DNA from: Gemmatimonadota bacterium
GTDB taxonomy: Bacteria > Latescibacterota > UBA2968 > UBA8231
Reading direction: 5' to 3'
DNA: 64,000 bases
Assembly: GCA_038119905.1 (NCBI GenBank)
Contig: JAYOKQ010000007.1
Coordinates: 250 to 64,249 of the forward strand
The notes under the pieces were generated by a model. It was not told the origin of the DNA. It did not search any database and was given only the letters and a program-made list of their open reading frames with translations. The position numbers and the translations under genes are program-made. This document shows, piece by piece, positions 18,757-27,262 of this stretch (position 1 is the stretch's first letter; every line of letters starts with the position of its first letter).

Positions 18757-20238
18757 TCAGAGAATTTGCTGGTCTACGTTCATTGGAACAATGTCGTGGA
18801 TCTTGCTGTCCATCAGCGCTGAAGGCGACTGCATCTCGAGCACGGCGTGTTCGTGCAGATGCTCGATCGTGCGGCAGCCGGCCGTAGCAAGCGTTGCGCG
18901 AATCATCTGCACAACGGTTGGGAGTTTATCAAAAATCGAGCCGACATGGGGCACGTAGCCGGAAATACCCTCTTCAAAGAAGTTTTCTTTGGTCTGCGCA
19001 TAACGGCGCATGTTATGAGCGCGCATACTGCCTTCCATCCAGTATTCCTTGACGATCTCGCCTGCGGCGTTGCGCATGAGGCTGCCCTGGCTCTCGGTGT
19101 AGCGTGCGAAGAAGTTACCCATCATAATCGCGTCGGCACCCAGCGCGAGTCCGATCGACATTTCAGCGGGGCCCGATATGCCGCCGTCGGCTACTAAAGG
19201 GATGTAGGCATCCGTGTCGCGATGCCACTGATCGCGCGTAGCGCCGACTTCCATCAGCGTAGTGCCCTGGCCGCGGCCGGTGGCTTTTACTTCCTGGGTC
19301 GTGCACCCCGATCCGATACCCATACCTACTTTTACCGCATCGGCACCGGCTTCGGCCAAAAAGCGAAATCCATCTGCGGTGACGATATTGCCCCCAATAA
19401 CCGGCGTTGCGCAGTGCTGTTTGACGTATTGAATCATTTCGCGCTGATATTCAGTGTGGCCGTCAGAGGCGTCAATTACGAGCACGTCCACGTCGTGTGC
19501 CACGAGTGCCTGCACGCGCTCGCGATCTTCTGGATGGGTCGATATGGCGGCGCCTACGAGTAGGCGCTTTTGGTCATCAATCGATTCGTTGGGATGGCGC
19601 AGATGCTTGTCCAGGTCTTTTTTGAAGACGACAGTCTGCAGTATGCCGTCCTTAGATAAGATGGGCAGAAAACCGCGGCCGTAGCGAATCATGAGTTCAT
19701 TAGCTGCGCGAAGCTCGGTCACTTCCGTGCCGGACTGTACGTCTGTTTTCATGCGTTCGTCGACGGTGCAGTTCAAATCACGACGCTCGTCGAAGTCCTT
19801 GTCGGTGAGAATACCGATTAGCTTGTCGTGAAATTCTCCGCTCTGCGTGACGGGGAATGTCGTATAGCCTGTTTCGCGAATGATCTGCGCAACGTCGGCA
19901 ATGGATTGCTTGGGCGCCAGCGTGACGATATTTGTCTGGAATCCAGCTTTGAATCGCTTCACCTGACTGACCTTGGCACACTGTTCGTCCACGGGTTGGC
20001 TCACCGGCAAAATGCCAATGCCGCCTAGCTGAGCCAGCGAAATCGCCATATCAACGCCGGTAACGGCTTGCATCGCAGCGCTGAGAAAGGGTGTGTTGAG
20101 ATGTATAAATCCGTCCCCCTTTCGACACAGGCGCGTCTTTAGCTCGACGTTAGGGGCATTGCCGTCGGAAGGCGTATAACCGGGCAGAATGCGGAATTCT
20201 TTCAAACTGTGCGAGGGATTCGGCAGAACCGTGGCCAT
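18757..20238 (-). CDS. guaB: IMP dehydrogenase family protein with CBS pair
   Basis: LKEFRILPGYT start, a CBS-pair insert, GMGIGSGCTTQEV catalytic Cys loop and ADGGISGPAEM. Belongs to the roughly 495-aa IMPDH subfamily. Confidence 0.75.
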   Translation of the reverse strand: MATVLPNPSHSLKEFRILPGYTPSDGNAPNVELKTRLCRKGDGFIHLNTPFLSAAMQAVTGVDMAISLAQLGGIGILPVSQPVDEQCAKVSQVKRFKAGFQTNIVTLAPKQSIADVAQIIRETGYTTFPVTQSGEFHDKLIGILTDKDFDERRDLNCTVDERMKTDVQSGTEVTELRAANELMIRYGRGFLPILSKDGILQTVVFKKDLDKHLRHPNESIDDQKRLLVGAAISTHPEDRERVQALVAHDVDVLVIDASDGHTEYQREMIQYVKQHCATPVIGGNIVTADGFRFLAEAGADAVKVGMGIGSGCTTQEVKATGRGQGTTLMEVGATRDQWHRDTDAYIPLVADGGISGPAEMSIGLALGADAIMMGNFFARYTESQGSLMRNAAGEIVKEYWMEGSMRAHNMRRYAQTKENFFEEGISGYVPHVGSIFDKLPTVVQMIRATLATAGCRTIEHLHEHAVLEMQSPSALMDSKIHDIVPMNVDQQIL

Positions 20239-20409
20239 GAGTATTTTCTCCGGGGCTTGGAGAGGTTGAGAAGGCAGGATAAAAGTATATTAAAGAGCAA
20301 AAAATAGGGTTTGACTTTGTTTTCTTCAATAGCGGCTTGGTGCACTTCTCGTGCGCGGCGCTTTATTTATATTCTGTAGAGTAGATCAACTTACGAGAAA
20401 GGAATAGAG

Positions 20410-20658
20410 ATGGGATATCAGAGATTTTATCCGCAGCCTAGAGAATCAAGTGGATTGGGCACTTTTTTGGCGGGCTTAGGTCTTGGCGTTCTCATTGGAA
20501 CGGCCATGGGCGTTCTCTCTGCACCGCATCGGGGCGATGTAACGCGTCGTAAGATTGTGCGCCAAGCGGGCGTTGCGCGCGACCAGGTTGTAGATGCGGT
20601 AGAAGATTTTGTCGAACGCCGCGCCGAAGGGGGCGAAGCGGACAACGGAGAAGTATAG
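20410..20658 (+). CDS. YtxH-like small membrane-associated protein
   Basis: Gly-rich helix GLGTFLAGLGLGVLIGTAMGVLSAP followed by a charged helical tail. Confidence 0.55.
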   Translation: MGYQRFYPQPRESSGLGTFLAGLGLGVLIGTAMGVLSAPHRGDVTRRKIVRQAGVARDQVVDAVEDFVERRAEGGEADNGEV

Positions 20659-20663
20659 GGACG

Positions 20664-22460
20664 TTATTCCGGCGTCGATGCGCCGCCGTAGTTGAGCTGG
20701 TGCAGTCGGGCGTAAATCCCTCCCTGTCGTATGAGCTCTTCGTGTTTGCCGCGCTCGCGCACCTGGCCATGGTGCAGCACAAGGATCTGGTCGGCGCTGC
20801 GAATGGTCGATAGGCGATGAGCTATGACGATTGACGTGCGATCGTGCATGAGCTTAGAAATTGCGTCCTGGATGAGCTGTTCGGTCTCGGTGTCGATCGA
20901 CGAGGTGGCCTCGTCGAGAATGAGCACCTCGGGATCAAAGGCCAGGGCGCGCGCAAACGAGAGAAGCTGTCGCTGTCCCGAAGAGAGCGTCGAGCCGCCT
21001 TCGGCTACGACCTGCTCGTAGCGGTTGGGCAGCTTCTCGATAAAGTGGTTGGCGTTGACAAAGCGCGCTGCTTCTTCGACGCGAGCCTGGTCGATCTGTT
21101 CGTTGCCAAGGCGAATATTGTCGCGCACGCTCCCTGAAAACAGAAAGACATCCTGCTGGACGATGCTGATGCGCTCGCGCAGCTGTTCGGCATTCCACTG
21201 GCTGATTTCCATCCCGTCGACGAGGATTTCGCCGCGCTGGATGGGATAGAAACGGCACAGCAGATTGACGATGGTCGTTTTGCCCGACCCAGTCGCGCCA
21301 ACTAAGGCCAAGCTTTGGCCGGCGCCAATGGAAAACGACACGTCTTTCAAGATCCAATCTTCTGCCTGATCATCGTATTTAAAGTAGACGTTTTTGAACT
21401 CAATGGTGCCGCTGCGCTGCGCGCTGGCCTGCTCTTTGCGCGGTCCGCCTTCGTCCTCTGTAGGCGTGCCTAGCAGTTCGAAAATGCGCTCTGAAGAGGC
21501 CATGGCGCTCTGCAGCAGCGCATAGCGGTCGCTTATGTCCATAATGGGGCGGAAAAAACGCCGGATATACTGGAGAAAAGCGACCAGCACGCCGAACGCT
21601 ACGCGCTCAGACAAGACCGCCGAAGAGCCGAACCAAATGACGGCAGCCATCCCGAGCGTGCCGACTAATTCGGTGAACGGGAAGAAGATGGCGTAATAAA
21701 AAATTTCGCGCTCTTCGGCGCGGCGATAGGGCAGGTGCTCGCGGTCAAAGTCGCGCAGATTGCGCTCCTCGCGGCTGAACAACTGCACGACCTCCATGCC
21801 GGTGATGTTTTCTTGCAAGTAGGCGTTGAGACGAGCTAGGCGCGTGCGCAACTCGCGGTAGGCGACCATCGCTTGGTTCTGCAGATAGAACGTCGAAACG
21901 GCTAGCACGGGAACGACAAGACAGCAGACCAGCGTCAGCTTGGCGTCGATGTAGATCATAAAGGTCAGTATGGCGACCAGCGTAAACAGATCCATAAAGA
22001 CCGAGACGATTCCCTCGCTAAAAAATTCGTTTAGCGCCTCCACGTCATTGGTAGTCCGCGTCATGATACGGCCCAGCGGCGTGCGGTCAAAATAGCGCAG
22101 GGGCAGCTTCTGCAGGTGGGCAAAGATATCGCGGCGCATGTCGAGCATTACGTGCTGCCCCATAATCTCGGTCACCAGTGTCTGTGCATACTGCGATACA
22201 TACTGCACGGCGATGCTGGCAAAAAAGGCGGCGATAACCCACTTGAGGCCGGCGTAGTCTCCCTCGGCGATATAATCGTCGACGGCGATTTGCGTTAGCC
22301 AGGGGCCAACTTGACTAGAAAAAGCGGAGAAGGCGATGGTCAGAAAGGCCAGCGCTACGCGGCGCTTATGAGGACGCAGATAGGTGAGCAGCTTACCCAG
22401 CAAGCGCGGGTTAAAGGGACGGTGTTGAATTTCCTCTTCTTTGTTGAGCAATTCGCTCAC
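20664..22460 (-). CDS. ABC exporter, fused permease/ATPase (type I exporter, heterodimer half)
   Basis: 6-TM N-domain, GATGSGKTT, LSSGQRQLLSFARAL, LILDEATS. 4-nt overlap with the upstream partner. Confidence 0.9.
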   Translation of the reverse strand: MSELLNKEEEIQHRPFNPRLLGKLLTYLRPHKRRVALAFLTIAFSAFSSQVGPWLTQIAVDDYIAEGDYAGLKWVIAAFFASIAVQYVSQYAQTLVTEIMGQHVMLDMRRDIFAHLQKLPLRYFDRTPLGRIMTRTTNDVEALNEFFSEGIVSVFMDLFTLVAILTFMIYIDAKLTLVCCLVVPVLAVSTFYLQNQAMVAYRELRTRLARLNAYLQENITGMEVVQLFSREERNLRDFDREHLPYRRAEEREIFYYAIFFPFTELVGTLGMAAVIWFGSSAVLSERVAFGVLVAFLQYIRRFFRPIMDISDRYALLQSAMASSERIFELLGTPTEDEGGPRKEQASAQRSGTIEFKNVYFKYDDQAEDWILKDVSFSIGAGQSLALVGATGSGKTTIVNLLCRFYPIQRGEILVDGMEISQWNAEQLRERISIVQQDVFLFSGSVRDNIRLGNEQIDQARVEEAARFVNANHFIEKLPNRYEQVVAEGGSTLSSGQRQLLSFARALAFDPEVLILDEATSSIDTETEQLIQDAISKLMHDRTSIVIAHRLSTIRSADQILVLHHGQVRERGKHEELIRQGGIYARLHQLNYGGASTPE

Positions 22461-24205
22461 AGCGTCTCCAATTCGGCGGCTAGCTGCTGGCGCGCGTGTA
22501 AGTCGGCGTAAAAACCACCGTGCTGCAGAAGCTGTTTGTGCGTGCCTTGTTCGGCGATGCGCCCTTCGTCGAGCACGATGATGTGATCGCAGTCGCGCAG
22601 CGTGGATATGCGATGAGCGATGATGAGCGTTGTCCGCCCCTGCATCAGCGTGCGCAGGTGGCCCAAGACCGCCTCTTCCGTATGGGTGTCGACGGCGGAA
22701 AGCGAGTCATCTAAGATCAGTATTTGTGGCTGCCGCAGCAGCGCGCGGGCCAGCGTAGATCGCTGTTTTTGCCCGCCCGATAGCGTTACGCCTCGCTCGC
22801 CAATCAGCGTCTGGAAGCCGTTGTCGAATTCTACGACATCCTTGCGCAACTGCGCCCATTCGGCGGCCTCGTTGACTTGCTCATCGGAGGCTGAGTGCAC
22901 GCCGTAGGCAATGTTGGCGGCAATGGTGTTGGAAAATAGAAACGGATTTTGCGAGACGTAGCCAATGGCGTTGCGCAGCTGGGATAGCGGCCATTTCTCT
23001 GCTGGTATGCCGTCGATAAATAGTTGGTTGGGCGCTGATTGCACTAAGCGCGGTATCAGGCGCGCCATGGTCGTCTTGCCGGCCCCCACGCGGCCCATGA
23101 TGCCGACGGTCGCGCCGGCGGGAATCTTGAGGTTGATGTCCCGCAGCACGGGTTCGTTGTCACCGTAGGCGAAGGTCAGCGAGCGGAACTCAATTTCGCC
23201 GCGCACCGGCTGAGCGATGGGCCGAACGTCGCGGTCGCGGATCTCCGGTTCCACTTCCATGACTTCGTTGATGCGTCGCATGGCCACGAGCGCGCGCTGA
23301 AAGCGGTCGATCACCCAGGCTGAATACATGATGGGACGAATAAGCTGTGTCAGATAGGCGTTGAATGCGACAAAAGCACCGAGCGTAAAGTCTCCGTCGA
23401 TAACGGCTTTGCCTCCGAGCCACAGATTAATCCCTAGGCAGACGGATGCGACTAGGTGCGTCAGGGGACGATACGATGCACGCGTTAAAATCAGCTGGCG
23501 GTTTTTTTCGAGGTATTCGTCGTTGAGCTGGCCAAAGGCGCCGTTCTGTGCGGGGCCCTGGACATAGGCTTTGATGACGCGCGAGCCGGCTAGGTTTTCT
23601 TGGATGTAATTGCTCATCTCGCCGAAGAAGTCTTGTATAGCGCGAAAGCGATTGTGCACTAAGGTGGCCATGCGCGTCAGCAGCAGCACGAAGATGGGTA
23701 CTGGCGCGAGGATAATAAAGGCCAACTTCCAGTCGATAACGCACATCCAGCCAATGCTAAAGAGGAAGATGAGGCCGGATTCCACGATGCCGCGCACGCC
23801 GTAGGTAAAAAAGATGCGCACGGAGTTTAGGTCGTTGGTGGCGCGGGACATCAGGTCGCCGGTGTGCTGCGTCTGGTAGTAGGAGAGCGGCTGTTTGAGC
23901 AGATGGGCAAAGTAGGCGGTGCGAATGTCATATTCTATGCGCGCTGAAGCGCGTCCGAGCAGGATGCGCATAGCGTAGCTGCACAGCGCGACAGATAGGG
24001 CCAGTGCAACGACGATGGCAACGTCCATTTGTATGGACTCAAAGCGCAGTTCGCCGACTATATGCTCAGCCTGAAGCGTATCGATGGCATCCTTGACGAG
24101 CATGGGAATGTAATTGCTCGCAGCCTGGGCGATGCCGATAGCCAGCACGCCGATGAGCAGGCGCACCCTATAGGGACGGACGTATGGCGAGTAGGGCCCG
24201 AACAT
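22457..24205 (-). CDS. ABC exporter, fused permease/ATPase (heterodimer half)
   Basis: 6-TM N-domain, GRVGAGKTT, LSGGQKQRSTLARAL, LILDDSLS. Confidence 0.9.
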   Translation of the reverse strand: MFGPYSPYVRPYRVRLLIGVLAIGIAQAASNYIPMLVKDAIDTLQAEHIVGELRFESIQMDVAIVVALALSVALCSYAMRILLGRASARIEYDIRTAYFAHLLKQPLSYYQTQHTGDLMSRATNDLNSVRIFFTYGVRGIVESGLIFLFSIGWMCVIDWKLAFIILAPVPIFVLLLTRMATLVHNRFRAIQDFFGEMSNYIQENLAGSRVIKAYVQGPAQNGAFGQLNDEYLEKNRQLILTRASYRPLTHLVASVCLGINLWLGGKAVIDGDFTLGAFVAFNAYLTQLIRPIMYSAWVIDRFQRALVAMRRINEVMEVEPEIRDRDVRPIAQPVRGEIEFRSLTFAYGDNEPVLRDINLKIPAGATVGIMGRVGAGKTTMARLIPRLVQSAPNQLFIDGIPAEKWPLSQLRNAIGYVSQNPFLFSNTIAANIAYGVHSASDEQVNEAAEWAQLRKDVVEFDNGFQTLIGERGVTLSGGQKQRSTLARALLRQPQILILDDSLSAVDTHTEEAVLGHLRTLMQGRTTLIIAHRISTLRDCDHIIVLDEGRIAEQGTHKQLLQHGGFYADLHARQQLAAELETL

Positions 24206-24261
24206 GAAACGCGTTGTCTACCTCACCCGTGTATAGTGCTCATATGGCAGGACATACACGG

Positions 24262-25092
24262 TCAGAACTGGCCCATATCTTTGTCGGAGCGGTGTTCGCG
24301 CCAGCCCTTGAAGTCGCCAAAGAACTTCAACAGGTCGCCGCGAATGCCCTCAAAGAGTGCGGCGCCCTTTTCGGCACTAGCTTTTTCCGGGTGGTTTGCC
24401 GCACCGGTAGGAATAAACGCGGTAAAGGGAGTCGAGAGTCCGATGACGTGTTTGGACAGGTCGACGTCGTAGTAGTCGGTCTTAAAGTCGGTGGGAATGG
24501 CCTTGGCTTTTTCCGGCTGGCACAGCTGTGGAAAGACGTGTAGGCCAAGTGAGTATTCCCACTCGTCGGCGTGGGTGAGCATGGGGCTTTCAAAGCGCAC
24601 GCCGCCGATGCCTTCTTTGTGCCCCTTTTCGATGCTCGGTGCACCCAGATGCCAGTAACTGGCAAAGCCGATCCACGTATCGGGGCGCTCATAGCCCCTG
24701 CTATAGAGCTCGACGAGTGCTTGGTTGGCAGGCACCTGGTTTCCGCCGTGTCCGTTTAGCATAAAGATCTTGCGAAACCCGTGCTTGAGTAGCGTTTCCA
24801 AGGTGCGGATTAGCCACCGGGTGTATAGCTCCGGGTTGGCCGTGACGGTGCCGGCAAAATTGAGGTGGTGATCCGACATGCCCATCCACTGAGTGGGCAG
24901 CAGCAGCACGTCGTCGCCCATGGCTTCCTCTACGGATTCTGCAAAAGCAGTGACCAAGAGCGTATCGGTGAGCAGGGGCATGTGTGGGCCGTGCTGTTCA
25001 CAGGAGCCCAGCGGCAGCAGAATGATTTTGTCTTTGTCGATATCCCTGACGTCAGGCCAGGCTAGATGTCCATAGCGCATTGAAGTATCCAA
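24262..25092 (-). CDS. creatininase (creatinine amidohydrolase) family protein
   Basis: ILLPLGSCEQHGPHMPLLTD and NGHGGN motifs. Confidence 0.8.
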   Translation of the reverse strand: MDTSMRYGHLAWPDVRDIDKDKIILLPLGSCEQHGPHMPLLTDTLLVTAFAESVEEAMGDDVLLLPTQWMGMSDHHLNFAGTVTANPELYTRWLIRTLETLLKHGFRKIFMLNGHGGNQVPANQALVELYSRGYERPDTWIGFASYWHLGAPSIEKGHKEGIGGVRFESPMLTHADEWEYSLGLHVFPQLCQPEKAKAIPTDFKTDYYDVDLSKHVIGLSTPFTAFIPTGAANHPEKASAEKGAALFEGIRGDLLKFFGDFKGWREHRSDKDMGQF

Positions 25093-25131
25093 GTAGGTTG
25101 GTGGAGGAAAATGCGCTGAAAAATATAGGGG

Positions 25132-25162
25132 CGGATCTCCGGCACAACAAGGCAGAGATCCG
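25132..25162 (-). terminator. hairpin downstream of rdgB, possible terminator
   Basis: 8-bp stem CGGATCTC/GAGATCCG with a 15-nt loop. On the minus strand a TATATTTTT stretch follows it. Confidence 0.4.
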
Positions 25163-25164
25163 AT

Positions 25165-25767
25165 TCAAGACATCAGCTCGGGAAAGGTTTGCCGCAAGAG
25201 GGGATAGATGGCTTTGAGTGCCTGGGCTCGATGGCTGATGGCATTCTTGGTAGCGGCATCCAACTGGGCCATTGTGCAGTTGCGCTCGGCGACAACGAAG
25301 ATTGGATCGTAGCCGAATCCGTTGTCGCCGCTAGGAGCCAATGCAATAGATCCCTCGCACGTGCCGGCTGATTGACAGGTGCGTCCGTCCGGAGCCGCGG
25401 CGACCATGGTGCAGCAAAAGCGCGCTGTGCGCTGTGCGCTGTCTGGAAAGGTTTCCATCTGTTGTAGAAGAAAGCGATACCGACCCACGTCATCTAGGCT
25501 TGAATCTCCGTAGCGCGCGGAGAATACGCCGGGTGCGCCACCGAGCGCATCGACCTCTAATCCGCTGTCATCGGCTAGGGCAACGAGCCCTGTTTCTTGG
25601 GCAAAGGCATGTGCCTTAAGCGCGGCGTTGGCGGCAAACGTAGTGCCGGTTTCCTCGACGTCTAAGTGCAGGTCGAGGTCGGCCGGAGACACGACCTCGG
25701 TGTCTGCCAATAGCGCGCGAATTTCGCGTATCTTGCCGGCGTTATTGCTGGCGACTAAGAGGCGCAT
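25165..25767 (-). CDS. rdgB: dITP/XTP pyrophosphatase (Ham1/RdgB)
   Basis: MRLLVASNNAGKIREI..., GFGYDPIF and SHRAQAL motifs. Confidence 0.9.
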   Translation of the reverse strand: MRLLVASNNAGKIREIRALLADTEVVSPADLDLHLDVEETGTTFAANAALKAHAFAQETGLVALADDSGLEVDALGGAPGVFSARYGDSSLDDVGRYRFLLQQMETFPDSAQRTARFCCTMVAAAPDGRTCQSAGTCEGSIALAPSGDNGFGYDPIFVVAERNCTMAQLDAATKNAISHRAQALKAIYPLLRQTFPELMS

Positions 25768-25770
25768 GGG

Positions 25771-26838
25771 CTATTTCTGCTGGCCTGCGCGGTCGATTTC
25801 TTCAATCTGGTGCGTGGCGTAATCCTTAAAGCGGCTATCCTGCTGTGCACGGGCGTAGTAGGTGCGTGCTTCGCGCATCTCGCCCAGTTTGAAATGCGCG
25901 TCGCCCAAGAGGTTCTGTGCTGCCGCCAAATTCTTGTCGTAGCGGACGGCCGACTGTCCGGCCTCGACGGCTTTGCGATAGCTGCCCATGCCGTAGTGGG
26001 CTTCCCCAAGGCGGAAGTGTACTTCGGCGTTTTTCTTGTCCAATTCGGCCGCGCGCTGAAGTGGTTCAATGGCCTCGTGCTGACGGCCGAGTTGGTTGAG
26101 TGCCGTCCCTAAAAAGAGATGACCTTCGGCATACTTGGAATCTGCTTTTAACGCCGTCTGCATGAGGCCGACGATGCCCTCGACATCCTGCGTGGCAAAC
26201 TTAACGCGCGCTAGCCCACCGTAGGCGGCCATGTACGAAGCATCGGCCTCGATGGCTTTTTGGTAGGTGGCCGATGCCGGGCCATAGTCGCGTCGTCGCC
26301 GCTGTATATCGGCTAGCTGATAGTAGGCCTTGGCATAGCTGGGGTCGGCGCCAACGGCTTTTGCAAAGGCTTCTTGTGCCTTTTCCTCGTTGCGGTTGCC
26401 GTTGTAGGACAGGCCCAGTGCATAGAGCATCTGCGCGTTGTTGGGTGCGAGTTCCAATGCCTGTTCAAAGCGCACAATCGCTTCGCTGTATTTGCGCTGT
26501 TGCAGGCTAGTTACAGCAGACTTGTTATACAGCTTGCCGAGGGCAGCTACACATTTCTCCGGGCGGACGCCCAACTCGCGTGCTCTCTCGTAAGAGCTGA
26601 TAGCCTGCTCATACTCGTTGAGGACGCCGTAGGCCTGGGCAAGTAGGTAGTGTGCTTCGCCATAGTTGGGATCTACAGCGGTAGCCTTCTCGAATTCTAT
26701 CGCGGCGTTGCGGTAGTTGCGTTTCGTTATTAAGTCGTAGCCGGTTCGGTAGTGGTTTTCGGCTTCTTCGTTGACCTGGGCTTGAGCCTGTGGGGCCAAG
26801 AGAAGCATAAGACACAGAGGGAGGAAGAAGCGTAGCAT
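25771..26838 (-). CDS. secreted TPR-repeat protein
   Basis: Signal peptide MLRFFLPLCLMLLLAPQAQA, then about eight repeats with an A..Y..A......Y..A pattern. Confidence 0.8.
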   Translation of the reverse strand: MLRFFLPLCLMLLLAPQAQAQVNEEAENHYRTGYDLITKRNYRNAAIEFEKATAVDPNYGEAHYLLAQAYGVLNEYEQAISSYERARELGVRPEKCVAALGKLYNKSAVTSLQQRKYSEAIVRFEQALELAPNNAQMLYALGLSYNGNRNEEKAQEAFAKAVGADPSYAKAYYQLADIQRRRRDYGPASATYQKAIEADASYMAAYGGLARVKFATQDVEGIVGLMQTALKADSKYAEGHLFLGTALNQLGRQHEAIEPLQRAAELDKKNAEVHFRLGEAHYGMGSYRKAVEAGQSAVRYDKNLAAAQNLLGDAHFKLGEMREARTYYARAQQDSRFKDYATHQIEEIDRAGQQK

Positions 26839-26946
26839 GCGATTGTTCTCCGAATGGGCAAGCGGGTAGAAAATGGATGTGTCTGCGACTAGTTAAACCT
26901 GCAATCGACGGAAATGCACAAGCCCCGTCCTGAGGATAGTATGGGC

Positions 26947-27177
26947 CTAACGATTGTCAATCGCGGACTTGATTTCCGCGAAGTCGGGATAGCGTTTTTC
27001 GGCGAGCTTAGAGAAGATGAGCACGCCGTCGACCGCAACCTCAAAACGTCCTCCGTCTGAAGGGACGAGCGTGAACTCAGCTACTTCCTTTTTGTACTCT
27101 TTTAGAATTAGTTCCGCCAAACTGACGGCCTTTGATTCGTAGCCTCAAGCAGAGCAGTAGGTCAGATGCAGTTTCAT
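26947..27177 (-). CDS. SelW/SelT/SelH (Rdx) family selenoprotein; in-frame TGA at 27145..27147 read as selenocysteine
   Basis: Manual translation gives MKLHLTYCSA-U-GYESKAVSLAELILKEYKKEVAEFTLVPSDGGRFEVAVDGVLIFSKLAEKRYPDFAEIKSAIDNR. The CxxU sits where the Rdx CxxC/CxxU redox motif sits. GGxFEV..DG.LI.SK matches the family core. AGGAG lies 9 nt upstream of the ATG. Confidence 0.8.
27105..27138 (-). promoter_or_regulatory. putative bacterial SECIS hairpin
   Basis: On the mRNA, +7..+40 after the UGA. Lower stem GAAU/AUUC, upper stem CCGUC/GGCGG (one G-U pair), apical loop AGUUU containing GU, about 21 nt from the UGA. Confidence 0.45.
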
Positions 27178-27216
27178 ACGATGTTCTCCTGTACTCATCA
27201 TGATCGAGAAAGAAGT

Positions 27217-27245
27217 ATAATAAAAGGGGCTCGGACTATTGTCAA
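27217..27245 (-). promoter_or_regulatory. sigma70-like promoter TTGACA-17-TATTAT for the selenoprotein gene
   Basis: Read on the minus strand: TTGACA (27245..27240), 17-nt spacer, TATTAT (27222..27217). The leader is about 33 nt. Confidence 0.6.
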
Positions 27246-27262
27246 AGCATTAAGCGATAGGT

